Source: an uncultured Candidatus Saccharibacteria bacterium (GTDB taxonomy: Bacteria; Patescibacteriota; Saccharimonadia; Saccharimonadales; AWTP1-31). From it: a DNA stretch of 64,000 bases. Position 1 is the first letter of the stretch. Each line of letters begins with the position of its first letter. Positions 39,995 through 48,598 of this stretch are shown here, in pieces. Made by a program: the position numbers and the translations under genes. The stretch spans positions 20,094 to 84,093 of the forward strand of contig CAZXLT010000001.1 in the NCBI GenBank assembly GCA_964641545.1, in the 5' to 3' direction. The notes under the pieces were generated by a model. It saw only the letters and a program-made list of their open reading frames with translations. It searched no databases and was not told where the DNA came from.

Positions 39995-40864
39995 ATGTGG
40001 TTTTTCTATGCATTGCTTGGTGCCTTTGGTAAATCCTACTCAGGCTTTTTTCGTAAGAAGATGGCTGGAAACGTTGGTGCTGCTACCTATATTTGGGTAA
40101 GTTATTCGATTTTGCTCATCATTCTTACGCCGATATTATTGATGCGATCAAGCCAGATGATAGAACTAGTCCGCACAATTCCGATCGTAATAATTGGTGC
40201 AGCGGTAGCAAATTTGCTAGCAACACAACTCAATCTTGCTGCACTAAAGCATGAAGAGCTTTCGTATACGGCACCGCTCAATGCGTTTGTGCCGGTTTTC
40301 ACGCTAATTATCGCTGGATTATTTTTACAAGAACACCCGCCTCGGTTTGGAGTGCTGGGAATACTCAGCATATTTCTTGGTGCCTATGTGATAAATATTA
40401 AACCCCAGCGCACAGCTTGGTACGATCCACTTACTCACCTTGTGACTAACAGAGGTGCACAGCTTAGTTTATGTGTTGCGCTTGGATATGCGATTAACAC
40501 GACATTATTGAAGGTTATTTCTAATAACGGATACGACGCATTCACCAGTCTTTACGCAACAACCGCGCTCGGGTGGATATTTTTTGCTCACGTACCTTTC
40601 GTAAAAAGGAAGGAGCTAAAAGCGGCAGTTAAGTCCAACGGTTTTGTGCTGATTGGATCTGGAATCAGTTCATTCTTTAGCGCCTTTTTCCATATCGTCG
40701 CTGTCGGCATGACGTACACAAGCTATGCGGTTAGTGTACGGCGGCTCGAAGTGCTTATAGCAGTTTTTCTGGGTTGGCGATACCTTAAAGAAACAAATAT
40801 ACGCAACAAACTTATCGGCAGTCTTTTAATGCTGGTCGGCACTGTTGTCATGGCAATATCGTAG
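39995..40864 (+). CDS. EamA/DMT-superfamily transporter
   Basis: About 10 TM helices in a duplicated EamA-like arrangement. Confidence 0.65.
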   Translation: MWFFYALLGAFGKSYSGFFRKKMAGNVGAATYIWVSYSILLIILTPILLMRSSQMIELVRTIPIVIIGAAVANLLATQLNLAALKHEELSYTAPLNAFVPVFTLIIAGLFLQEHPPRFGVLGILSIFLGAYVINIKPQRTAWYDPLTHLVTNRGAQLSLCVALGYAINTTLLKVISNNGYDAFTSLYATTALGWIFFAHVPFVKRKELKAAVKSNGFVLIGSGISSFFSAFFHIVAVGMTYTSYAVSVRRLEVLIAVFLGWRYLKETNIRNKLIGSLLMLVGTVVMAIS

Positions 40865-40885
40865 GTAAAACAGTACTATAGGTCT

Positions 40886-41197
40886 ATGACGACGATACAA
40901 GTAAAGGATGGGTTGGCACACAATATGCCCGCAGACTTACGTAAATCCTTAGAGTCAGACAACCTAGTTGTACAAAAATGGAATAGCCTCACAGCCTTAG
41001 CGCAAAACGAATGGATTTGCTGGAACGTAACGGTTAAACAGGCTGACACACGAAAAAATCACATTCAGCGCACTGTCACCGAGCTGAAAGAAGGAAAGCG
41101 ACGCCCCTGCTGCTGGATGGGCTGCGTTCATCGAGTCGATAAACCAATGAATGCCTCTCAGAAGTGGATACTCGGCAAACAAAAACAGAGCGCGTAA
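40886..41197 (+). CDS. YdeI/OmpD-associated (OmdA) family protein
   Basis: NEWICWNVTVKQADTRKNHIQRTVTELKEGKR matches the OmdA-domain pattern. Confidence 0.5.
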   Translation: MTTIQVKDGLAHNMPADLRKSLESDNLVVQKWNSLTALAQNEWICWNVTVKQADTRKNHIQRTVTELKEGKRRPCCWMGCVHRVDKPMNASQKWILGKQKQSA

Positions 41198-41206
41198 GCA
41201 CGTGTT

Positions 41207-41818
41207 TTAAAACGTTACAAGTGATACTCGTGGCACACGACCTGTGTAGCAAACAGAGTGCCTCGTAGCGTGTTCTGCCCCAACTAATTTTGCTCCTCGC
41301 CACACTAAACAGTAGCCTTCTGGCGCCCCTGGTATGTTCATAAAACCTGAAGGTCTATTAATTCTTAGCCCAGGATGGGATGCACCATGCCATATTGTAA
41401 GATCGTTCATTGCGTCAATATGCCCTAGATTACCCCCTCTAGTTCTATTTGATAAATTGACTAGTGTAACGTTAGCGTTTGACCATGTTTTACTGTTGTC
41501 TATAAGCCCAAGACAGTGAGCCAGTATTTCATCGCCTACGGCATGGATTTTTTCAATTTCAGTAATCCCTATGTGACTCATAAATCCACTGGAGGTTATT
41601 TCATGAAAGCCAGGATGGTACTGTTGCATATTTGTGCCTATTGGTTCACCTCCAGACAGTTTGTATCCGTCATACGTCCAGAGCACTCCTCTGTTCCTGA
41701 GGTTTTCTCCTCGGATTTCGTCTGCACAATCAATGATCTTGCGCAGGAATGAACTTGCATCGTAGCCAGTTTCTATCAGTACCACACCTTCATGCACATC
41801 AATCAGTCTGTCTGCCAA
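41207..41818 (-). CDS. Putative 2-oxoglutarate/Fe(II)-dependent oxygenase-fold protein
   Basis: LGHIDAMND (HxD), AEHATRH about 48 aa later (second His), and RVSLV (RxS) about 12 aa after that. The spacing is typical of the 2OG-Fe(II) facial triad plus 2OG-binding Arg. Confidence 0.45.
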   Translation of the reverse strand: MADRLIDVHEGVVLIETGYDASSFLRKIIDCADEIRGENLRNRGVLWTYDGYKLSGGEPIGTNMQQYHPGFHEITSSGFMSHIGITEIEKIHAVGDEILAHCLGLIDNSKTWSNANVTLVNLSNRTRGGNLGHIDAMNDLTIWHGASHPGLRINRPSGFMNIPGAPEGYCLVWRGAKLVGAEHATRHSVCYTGRVPRVSLVTF

Positions 41819-41884
41819 TGCTTCAGGACTAGTTAATAGTTCAGGATGAGGGAAATCAGATAATGTAATATATCAATTTTATCT

Positions 41885-41919
41885 TAAAAACAAATATTCA
41901 GTAACTAGAGTTACTGAAT
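41885..41919 (-). terminator. Rho-independent terminator for the DUF1697 gene
   Basis: Perfect inverted repeat ATTCAGTAAC-TAGA-GTTACTGAAT, followed on the minus strand by TTTGTTTTT. Confidence 0.6.
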
Positions 41920-41989
41920 ATGACTTTTTCTGTTCCAGTTTGGCTCCTGTTGGTGATGGGAGATAGAACTATGATTAAGCAAAAAGGGT

Positions 41990-42523
41990 TTATGCTCCTA
42001 AAAGGGTTGTTAACTTTCGCACAGTATTACAGTTCCGTATCGTTACTTTTTTATATAGTGGCGTCCCAATAATTTTTGCCAAACCACTTCGGGTTACATC
42101 CTTGCGTTCAATAGACCAAAATATAGCTCCACTAACATACTTTACACGGTCAATATCCGGCTTGATTGTCAGGCTGTCTATTACATCAAGGGAGTCTACT
42201 TCTTTCCATAAAAACAAACAGTCGCACCTCATTTCAGTATCGTTACGCCAGTTTTTAGGCAAGTCATTTGCGATACGCTGAAAGTTGGCACTGGATAAAG
42301 TTAGCACGTAAACATCGAACCCAAATGCACGTTTGATGGTTGCTTCAACCAAGTCATTCACTTCACTCGTTGATAAGCTGCTAGACAGTATGACGTTGCC
42401 AGAGTTTATGTAAGTGTAAACTTTAGTGAAACCACTTTTCTCTAGTGACAGCTTCAAGTCTTTCATACTGACTTTATTGTTGCCGCCCACGTTTATTCCA
42501 CGCAATAAGACTACATATTTCAC
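41990..42523 (-). CDS. DUF1697 domain protein
   Basis: MKYVVLLRGINVGGNNKVSMKDLKLSLEKSGFTKVYTYINSGNVIL is the canonical DUF1697 N-terminus. Confidence 0.7.
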   Translation of the reverse strand: MKYVVLLRGINVGGNNKVSMKDLKLSLEKSGFTKVYTYINSGNVILSSSLSTSEVNDLVEATIKRAFGFDVYVLTLSSANFQRIANDLPKNWRNDTEMRCDCLFLWKEVDSLDVIDSLTIKPDIDRVKYVSGAIFWSIERKDVTRSGLAKIIGTPLYKKVTIRNCNTVRKLTTLLGA

Positions 42524-42637
42524 AATTATATCTTACCCCATAATAAAAAACAGAGGCACTTTACCTCTGTTATTTTTGGTTCTAACCTTGGCTCTCTTTG
42601 GTGATGGAAGTTAGAACTATTTGCTACACAACTTTTG

Positions 42638-43126
42638 CTAACCAATAGACCTGAAAGTTGCGTCCGGATGTTCAAAAACCCAACCGAGCAAAACGCTTGC
42701 CATTTTAGCAATATTTCCGTCGGTTGGTTCCCAGTAATTATCGTTTGGCTCTTCGGGAGTAAGTCTTGCAACAAGCTCTAAGAGTAGGGCCGCCCCTTCA
42801 CTAGCCACTTTCTGGTCAAGGTCGCGCAATCCACTGCAGGTGAGTTCCGCAATTCGTTTCGTGTAATTAGTGGTTATTGTAACCCCGGCTTCCATTCTAC
42901 CATCGTCTGTAATTTGGGGTGGTAACGTTGTAGTGGTGGGCTCTAGGCCTTCCTCTGCTTCCGGCATTGGCTCATATAATTCTTCATAAACTGCTTTTGC
43001 TACTGGCTCAATCGGCAGTTCAGAGCCTCCTTCAAAAGGCTCAACAACTGCTAATTCAAAGTCACCTTCTGCCAAGCTTTCTCCTACAGTGGCAGTTGAA
43101 TATCCGAGTTGAATACTGTAACCCAT
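42638..43126 (-). CDS. Hypothetical acidic protein
   Basis: The track ORF runs to 43255, but its first 43 codons overlap the tRNA-3-prime-end duplicate. I prefer the internal ATG at 43126 (MGYSIQ...). Confidence 0.4.
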   Translation of the reverse strand: MGYSIQLGYSTATVGESLAEGDFELAVVEPFEGGSELPIEPVAKAVYEELYEPMPEAEEGLEPTTTTLPPQITDDGRMEAGVTITTNYTKRIAELTCSGLRDLDQKVASEGAALLLELVARLTPEEPNDNYWEPTDGNIAKMASVLLGWVFEHPDATFRSIG

Positions 43127-43165
43127 AAAGCAAAAAATACCACAAAAGTGGTATTTAGTCAAATA

Positions 43166-43183
43166 TGGCTCCGGGGAAAGGAT
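43166..43183. repeat. Exact 18-bp duplicate of the tRNA-Asn 3-prime end (att-like direct repeat)
   Basis: TGGCTCCGGGGAAAGGAT is identical to 45838-45855, the 3-prime end of tRNA-Asn on the minus strand. Confidence 0.75.
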
Positions 43184-43403
43184 AAAGCACGTCTGCACTT
43201 GTGCTCGGAGCCAGCTTCTGCGCGCAAGTTTGACGACCGAACCATCGACCTTCATTCGCTACGCGTCTGGGTCGAAGCCTCAAATTCCCTCCTAAACAGT
43301 CAAAAAGCCGCCCAAAAGGACGACTCTTTGACTGGCTCACAACTATAGAGAACGTTATAACCGTAATTAAGCAAGACCTGGCAGACTGCAGTAATTGATT
43401 GCT

Positions 43404-43802
43404 CTATTGATTAAGGTTATCAAGAGCAGCGTCTGAATAACTGACTGTATAGCCACCAACTTCTTTATCTAGCTGTGCTAAATCAGTATTTATCTCATTT
43501 GCTGTGGTTTGGGCACTAGTCAGAGTTTGCGTAGCTGTCTGAGGACTTGTTGTCGGGTTTGTGTTCGTCGCAACCGTATCAGAAGGCTTTTGCGAGTTGT
43601 TCGTATCTTTGTGCAAAAAGGTGAACCCAACTACAAAAATTGCTACCAACGCCACGCCCGAAAGCGTAAATGTCTTTAACCAATTGAAGTTACTTTGCTT
43701 AGCAGAGTTATTACTGATTTTTCGCATCGTTGACTTAGTAAAGTCCTTACTGGGCGCATACTGTTTTTTCGCTGACATAATTTGTTTATCCAATCTGTCC
43801 AT
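43404..43802 (-). CDS. Putative anti-sigma factor (single-pass membrane protein)
   Basis: Immediately downstream of and overlapping the ECF sigma gene. One TM helix LSGVALVAIFVVGFTFL and a Thr/Gln-rich extracytoplasmic tail. Confidence 0.5.
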   Translation of the reverse strand: MDRLDKQIMSAKKQYAPSKDFTKSTMRKISNNSAKQSNFNWLKTFTLSGVALVAIFVVGFTFLHKDTNNSQKPSDTVATNTNPTTSPQTATQTLTSAQTTANEINTDLAQLDKEVGGYTVSYSDAALDNLNQ

Positions 43803-44331
43803 ATAGCTCCTTTCTTATTGACTCTTTTGATCGATGTAGCCAAGTTCTTACAGTATTGACTGGGCAATCTAGAATTTCTGAAATCTCCTCGTAAGATTTT
43901 CCATTCCAGTAGTACAAGTTAATTACTTCTTGATATTCAGGCTTCAGGCTTGCTATCGCCTTTTGAATTGAAGCTGTTTGTTCGACTTTTTGTAATGAAT
44001 CTTGGGCTGACTCCGTAGTTGGTGTTTCGATCATATTAGTATCAAAAGCTGGAGCAAGCTTAGTGTTATTTTCTAAATACCTAAGTGCTAAGTTACGTGC
44101 TATCTTATATAACCAAGTCGAAAACGAGTAATTACTGTTGTAGGTTTCTAGCCTGTCAAATGCCCTAATGAATGCGTCTTGGGCTATGTCTTCAGCTTGC
44201 ATATCATCATTAAGTAAATTTACTAAGTAAATGCACAGACCCTTATGGTAGCGCTCGACAAGCTCTCCGTAAGCATTCGTATCACCCTCTAGAACCTTTG
44301 CAATGATTTCTTTTTCGTTTTCTTTAGTCAT
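43786..44331 (-). CDS. ECF-type RNA polymerase sigma-70 factor
   Basis: Region 2 DIAQDAFIRAFDRLETYNSNYSFSTWLYKIARNLA and region 4 SYEEISEILDCPVNTVRTWLHRSKESIRKEL. Confidence 0.85.
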   Translation of the reverse strand: MTKENEKEIIAKVLEGDTNAYGELVERYHKGLCIYLVNLLNDDMQAEDIAQDAFIRAFDRLETYNSNYSFSTWLYKIARNLALRYLENNTKLAPAFDTNMIETPTTESAQDSLQKVEQTASIQKAIASLKPEYQEVINLYYWNGKSYEEISEILDCPVNTVRTWLHRSKESIRKELYGQIG

Positions 44332-44341
44332 ATTGTGGGGA

Positions 44342-44872
44342 TTATTGCTTCTTAAGTTGATCCCTTATCGCTTGTAAATCAGGCTTAACCGTAGAGGTGA
44401 AATATGCCTTTTTATTGTTTTGTAGTGTGCGAATATTTTGTAGCTGAGCCTTAGCATTTGCTAGGCCTTGCTTATACTGGTCTTTTTGGTCGGCGCACTG
44501 CAAGTTTTTGAGCGCACTTAAATCTGATATTACTCGATTACGAGCACTCTTTATTGCAGCAGTTTGACCCTCCCACGTTTGTAAGTCTGCTTCAGCTTTC
44601 GTTGTGTCAGCTCCAGCGGTCTTAGCCTTCGTAAGTAGTGCCTCAATCTTTGCATCATGCTTATCATAGATCGCTGTTTGCTTTGCAATCGCAGCATTTA
44701 TTTTTGTAATATGATCGTCGATCTTTGTCGTTAAGGTCGTACACTTTGCTGTCTGTGCGGCAGCTTTAGCTTCTGTGGTTGTTCCGCTTTGCGCAAAAGC
44801 AGGTACTGCTGATCCCGAAATAGCTACTACTGCTACAACTGCACCCGTTAACATTTTCAATGATTGTTTCAT
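44342..44872 (-). CDS. Secreted coiled-coil protein
   Basis: Signal peptide MKQSLKMLTGAVVAVVAISGSAVPAFA, then an Ala/Lys/Thr-rich helical region. Confidence 0.55.
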   Translation of the reverse strand: MKQSLKMLTGAVVAVVAISGSAVPAFAQSGTTTEAKAAAQTAKCTTLTTKIDDHITKINAAIAKQTAIYDKHDAKIEALLTKAKTAGADTTKAEADLQTWEGQTAAIKSARNRVISDLSALKNLQCADQKDQYKQGLANAKAQLQNIRTLQNNKKAYFTSTVKPDLQAIRDQLKKQ

Positions 44873-44996
44873 TTATATCCTTTCACTATTTCTTTACATA
44901 CGTTATATACAAAAATGTATAAAAAAGTTTCAGTGTTCATTTATATATTTTACGTAAGTAACTTGTATGTGGACAGTTTCAGTTCTAGTCTGGGTA

Positions 44997-45030
44997 TACA
45001 AAAAGTCAGAACCATTTTCACAGTTCTGAC
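44997..45030 (-). terminator. Rho-independent terminator for the 45128..45796 gene
   Basis: GTCAGAAC-N10-GTTCTGAC hairpin followed on the minus strand by TTTTTGTA. Confidence 0.6.
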
Positions 45031-45127
45031 TTAATCTTTTACGGCTTGGCTCCGCTCGAGAGGATGAGTTGGAAACGATTAGTTTATGAATTGTTGTCGA
45101 TGAGTAGACTATATATCGATTATGATC

Positions 45128-45796
45128 CTAGTCTTTAAGAAAAATAACTTTTCTATCAATATCGAGACAAGTAACAAACTCTCGTATTGGTAGTAATTGA
45201 CAGACAGTTACACCGCCTTTTTTGTTAAATACAAAGACAGATAACTCGTCGAACGCAAAGCCAACATCTTTTAGATGCTGTGTTATTGGTGCAAAATCCA
45301 ACGTACCTTTATTCTCAAGGAATACATACATAGACCCGTTATTTTTTGCATATTGCTTGTTCTTCTCATCAATGAACTGAATGAATTTGTCGGTTAATTC
45401 TGCAGGATCCATTCTTACGCCAAATCGCTTTAGTTGGACAGGTCTATACGAAGCCATTTCGTCATCGCTACGATCCAGAACTATGACATCATATTCAGAA
45501 TTCTCCTCAATATTTTTCTTAAAAAATTCAGGTACTTCGTCGCGTTTAATAGTTGTTCCAATAGCTTCTATAAGTTCTTTTTGGCGACTATCTTTAGGTA
45601 TAAAGTACAGGTATACTTCTTTCCACCCCATAGTGACTGTAAATACACCTTGCACTACCATAGACATTATTAGCTCGTGATGCAGGGTATCATCTTTTAT
45701 TACACCAGCATCAAGATAGTTAGCGATATCTATTGGCTTAAAACAAGTTGCAGAATTGAATTTATAGGTAGACACATAAGTAGAATACCAAAACAA
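45128..45796 (-). CDS. Hypothetical protein located immediately downstream of tRNA-Asn
   Basis: 222-aa ORF with no recognisable motif. Flanked by an AT-rich non-coding region. Confidence 0.5.
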   Translation of the reverse strand: MFWYSTYVSTYKFNSATCFKPIDIANYLDAGVIKDDTLHHELIMSMVVQGVFTVTMGWKEVYLYFIPKDSRQKELIEAIGTTIKRDEVPEFFKKNIEENSEYDVIVLDRSDDEMASYRPVQLKRFGVRMDPAELTDKFIQFIDEKNKQYAKNNGSMYVFLENKGTLDFAPITQHLKDVGFAFDELSVFVFNKKGGVTVCQLLPIREFVTCLDIDRKVIFLKD

Positions 45797-45837
45797 AAAG
45801 ACTTCTCAGTACAAGAAGTCTTTAAGCATAATCATTT

Positions 45838-45912
45838 TGGCTCCGGGGAAAGGATTCGAACCTTCGACCTAGTGGTTAACAGCCACCCGCTCTACCGCTG
45901 AGCTACCCCGGA
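45838..45912 (-). tRNA. tRNA-Asn (anticodon GTT)
   Basis: Reverse strand: TCCGGGGTAGCTCAGCGGTAGAGCGGGTGGCTGTTAACCACTAGGTCGAAGGTTCGAATCCTTTCCCCGGAGCCA. Anticodon loop CTGTTAA, encoded CCA. Confidence 0.8.
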
Positions 45913-46031
45913 ATATCGCTTCGCTTTGCAGCGAAGCATTGTAATAAAAGTACTTTGCATAGTAATAAAACTAAAACGCAACCGTCGAATTATACCGAAG
46001 TAACCCCTATCAGACAAGTGGTTGCAATAAA

Positions 46032-46508
46032 CTATGAACGAACATGAGACTTAATTGCTGCATTGGCTTCTCGTGTTTGATCGCGGCGTTTTAACGTTTC
46101 GCGCTTGTCATACTGCTTCTTCCCTTTTCCGGCTGCTATTCGTAGTTTAATATACCGACCTTTTGTGATCAGTTCTAATGGAAGAATGGTTTTGCCCTGT
46201 TGCTTTTCGGCGATTAATTTATCGATCTCTTTGCGCTTTGCCAGTAACTTACGCGAACGCGTCTGGTCTGATTCAGAAATGTCTATGCCTGGCATTGCCG
46301 ATATTGTGGCGTTAATGAGCCACAATTCATTATCTTTGACCGTTACGTATGCACCACGAAGCTGACCATGATTATGGCGTAGTGCTTTTGTTTCTTGCCC
46401 TGTCAACTGAAGGCCAACCAACAGACTGTCGTCAATTGCATAGTCGTGACGCGCTCGGCGATTCTGGATGGTCTTAGGACTGGCTCGCTTCTTTTTCATA
46501 CCATCCAT
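46032..46508 (-). CDS. smpB: SsrA-binding protein SmpB
   Basis: TIQNRRARHDYAIDDSLLVGLQLTGQETKALR...GKTILPLELI is the SmpB pattern. Confidence 0.85.
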   Translation of the reverse strand: MDGMKKKRASPKTIQNRRARHDYAIDDSLLVGLQLTGQETKALRHNHGQLRGAYVTVKDNELWLINATISAMPGIDISESDQTRSRKLLAKRKEIDKLIAEKQQGKTILPLELITKGRYIKLRIAAGKGKKQYDKRETLKRRDQTREANAAIKSHVRS

Positions 46509-46520
46509 TGTACCTTAGAC

Positions 46521-47714
46521 TTAGTAGCACGTGGGGCACTGTATCTTGCGGAGTGAATCTCGAGCAGCATCCCACAGGCTGGAATCGTTAAACTTCACTT
46601 TGCGCCAATACCACATTTCTGCACCCCAAAGATCTACCTCTCGCATCCCGGTAGCCCGACCATATTCAAAGCGATCTCGGAGCCGCTCGGCATCAAGTGA
46701 CTTGTTTTGCTCGGCAATCGATATCTCGGTAATGCCCTTATCGGGGCCCCACGGCTCGGCTTGCAGTTCGTGAATTATCAGTGGCCGTCCGGTGAAAATC
46801 TCTCCCCAGCCAGCCAATGAAGCGTAAAACCAAGCCGGGAATGGATATTCATAGTATCGTTTTGTAATAGTACGGTCCCACACGCGTTTATACACAGAAA
46901 CGGCGGATTTATCTGGCCGAGGCTGACCGATAGGGATGCCCCAAGCGTTATTGCTTCGGCTGACAATTATTTCGTGTGCTGGGTCACGCAATTTAACAAA
47001 GTTAAATTCGTCAACAAGCCGGTCCCTGCTAAAGTCTGGGCACTCGCCAAAAACGCTTAAAAAGAATTCGTTCTCAAGTTGATAGCTATCGAGGCTGGGG
47101 CGGTCCTTATAGCGATCAATTACTGCACCCATAAAGGTTTTGAGTTTGGGGTACCAGATTTCTTTGGGCTGTGATTTCGCCCAATCTGGCATGTGGCACT
47201 CCGGCCAACGCGGTTGTCGCAGCCCAATAGCCAGACTCACTGTGCCGTTCACTTCTTCGATCTTGTCGAACTGCCAATCTAGTCCTGAAAAATCATATTG
47301 GCCCTGAGTTTTTTCGATATCATCCCAATAACTTACTAGCCGAAAATGCCTGAAGTTTAGGTCATGTATTAACGCGCCCAGTGTCTCTTCTGGATCGAGC
47401 TCGTAATAGCGAGCGTAACTAGGTATAAACGTTGCTCCAAACTTGAGCGGCTCGTGCGCGTGTTTAGCGATATACCATCTTGCGACTCCGTAACTTGTTG
47501 CCGTAAATCCGGTAATAAGTAGAACGAGCAGAACGATAAGCCTTTGCCACCACGACCGTTCGTGCCACCAATAACCTGGTCGAACAAAGCGTAAGTGGTG
47601 CAACAAGCGAGTTCGAAATCGTTTTTCCTTTGTCCCGTAATCTGCGTTTAACAAACGTTTCTCGGCGTTTTTCTCGGATCGGTTTAAATGTTTAAGAATA
47701 TTTTTTTGTTTCAT
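46521..47714 (-). CDS. Membrane-anchored glycoside-hydrolase-like (TIM-barrel, GH5-like) protein
   Basis: N-terminal TM LIVLLVLLITGF. YQLENEFF (an NE(P/F) acid/base motif) and a later conserved HELQAEPWG. The family assignment is tentative. Confidence 0.45.
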   Translation of the reverse strand: MKQKNILKHLNRSEKNAEKRLLNADYGTKEKRFRTRLLHHLRFVRPGYWWHERSWWQRLIVLLVLLITGFTATSYGVARWYIAKHAHEPLKFGATFIPSYARYYELDPEETLGALIHDLNFRHFRLVSYWDDIEKTQGQYDFSGLDWQFDKIEEVNGTVSLAIGLRQPRWPECHMPDWAKSQPKEIWYPKLKTFMGAVIDRYKDRPSLDSYQLENEFFLSVFGECPDFSRDRLVDEFNFVKLRDPAHEIIVSRSNNAWGIPIGQPRPDKSAVSVYKRVWDRTITKRYYEYPFPAWFYASLAGWGEIFTGRPLIIHELQAEPWGPDKGITEISIAEQNKSLDAERLRDRFEYGRATGMREVDLWGAEMWYWRKVKFNDSSLWDAARDSLRKIQCPTCY

Positions 47715-47737
47715 CTGCTACTATCAAAATAAGAAAA

Positions 47738-48598
47738 ATGAAAAAAGCATTAACGCTATCGATAATTATACCAGTTTATAACGAAGAGCGTCGCCTAAAA
47801 GCTTGCTTGGATGCAATCACTACGCAAACTGTCATGGCTAACGAAGTAATTGTGGTAGATAATAACTCGACAGATAAAAGTGTGGAGATTGCAAAGTCAT
47901 ATCCATTTGTTCGAATTGTGAAAGAAAAAAAACAAGGCTTTACATACGCCCGTAACGCCGGTTTTGAAGCAGCGAGCTGTGATATTTTGGCGAGAATTGA
48001 CGCCGACTCGGTCATGAACCCTACCTGGGTAGAATGTGTTATTCGCAATTTTTCATCGCGTGACATTGATGGGCTTACAGGTTTGGGCTACTCTGATTTC
48101 TTGCCTCGTATACATGGTCCAAAGACAGTACTACCAAGCTGGCTTTATTTCATGTGGTCTGTTGCTATTTTTCGCTTGCCGGTTTTATGGGGAGCCAACA
48201 TGGCAATTCGTAAATCAGCTTGGCGACGCATTGTTGGTAAGGTGCACATGGACAATAGTCTGGTTCATGAAGACCAAGATATTGCGCTGTGCATTTTGGA
48301 AGAAGGTGGCAGGCTCCACAGAGACAATAAATTGCGGATCACCATTGGTGGCCAAACATACCATTATCTACCAAAATTGTGGTACTACACTCGGCGGATG
48401 TATACCACGAAGCAGCTACATGCAAAGCGAGCTGCATTTCATAGGATTAAGCGCCCCTATTCTCGAACGTTGGTCTTTTTCTTATGGTTAGTGCCGGCGC
48501 CAATTTTGCTATGTATTTTTTTCGGAAGCAGTCTTGTAATGTTTCCACTGGATTTTGCCGTAAAAACTTTTGGCTGGTCAGACGCCTGGCTTGATTAG
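47738..48598 (+). CDS. Glycosyltransferase family 2
   Basis: LSIIIPVYNEE, VIVVDNNSTDKS, RIDADSV (DxD). Confidence 0.75.
   Translation: MKKALTLSIIIPVYNEERRLKACLDAITTQTVMANEVIVVDNNSTDKSVEIAKSYPFVRIVKEKKQGFTYARNAGFEAASCDILARIDADSVMNPTWVECVIRNFSSRDIDGLTGLGYSDFLPRIHGPKTVLPSWLYFMWSVAIFRLPVLWGANMAIRKSAWRRIVGKVHMDNSLVHEDQDIALCILEEGGRLHRDNKLRITIGGQTYHYLPKLWYYTRRMYTTKQLHAKRAAFHRIKRPYSRTLVFFLWLVPAPILLCIFFGSSLVMFPLDFAVKTFGWSDAWLD

Noticed and set aside
43127-43400. Possible tmRNA (ssrA) because of the tRNA-like ...CCCCGGAGCCA end near 43166 and the smpB gene 3 kb away
   Set aside because: Only the last 18 nt match a tRNA. The upstream sequence lacks a T-arm (GGTTCGAATCC), a tag-peptide reading frame ending ...AA-stop, or pseudoknot-like structure. 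It is better explained as an att-like duplicate of the tRNA-Asn 3-prime end.
45677-45901. 74-aa ORF on the plus strand
   Set aside because: It runs antisense through tRNA-Asn and the 45128..45796 gene, so it is spurious.
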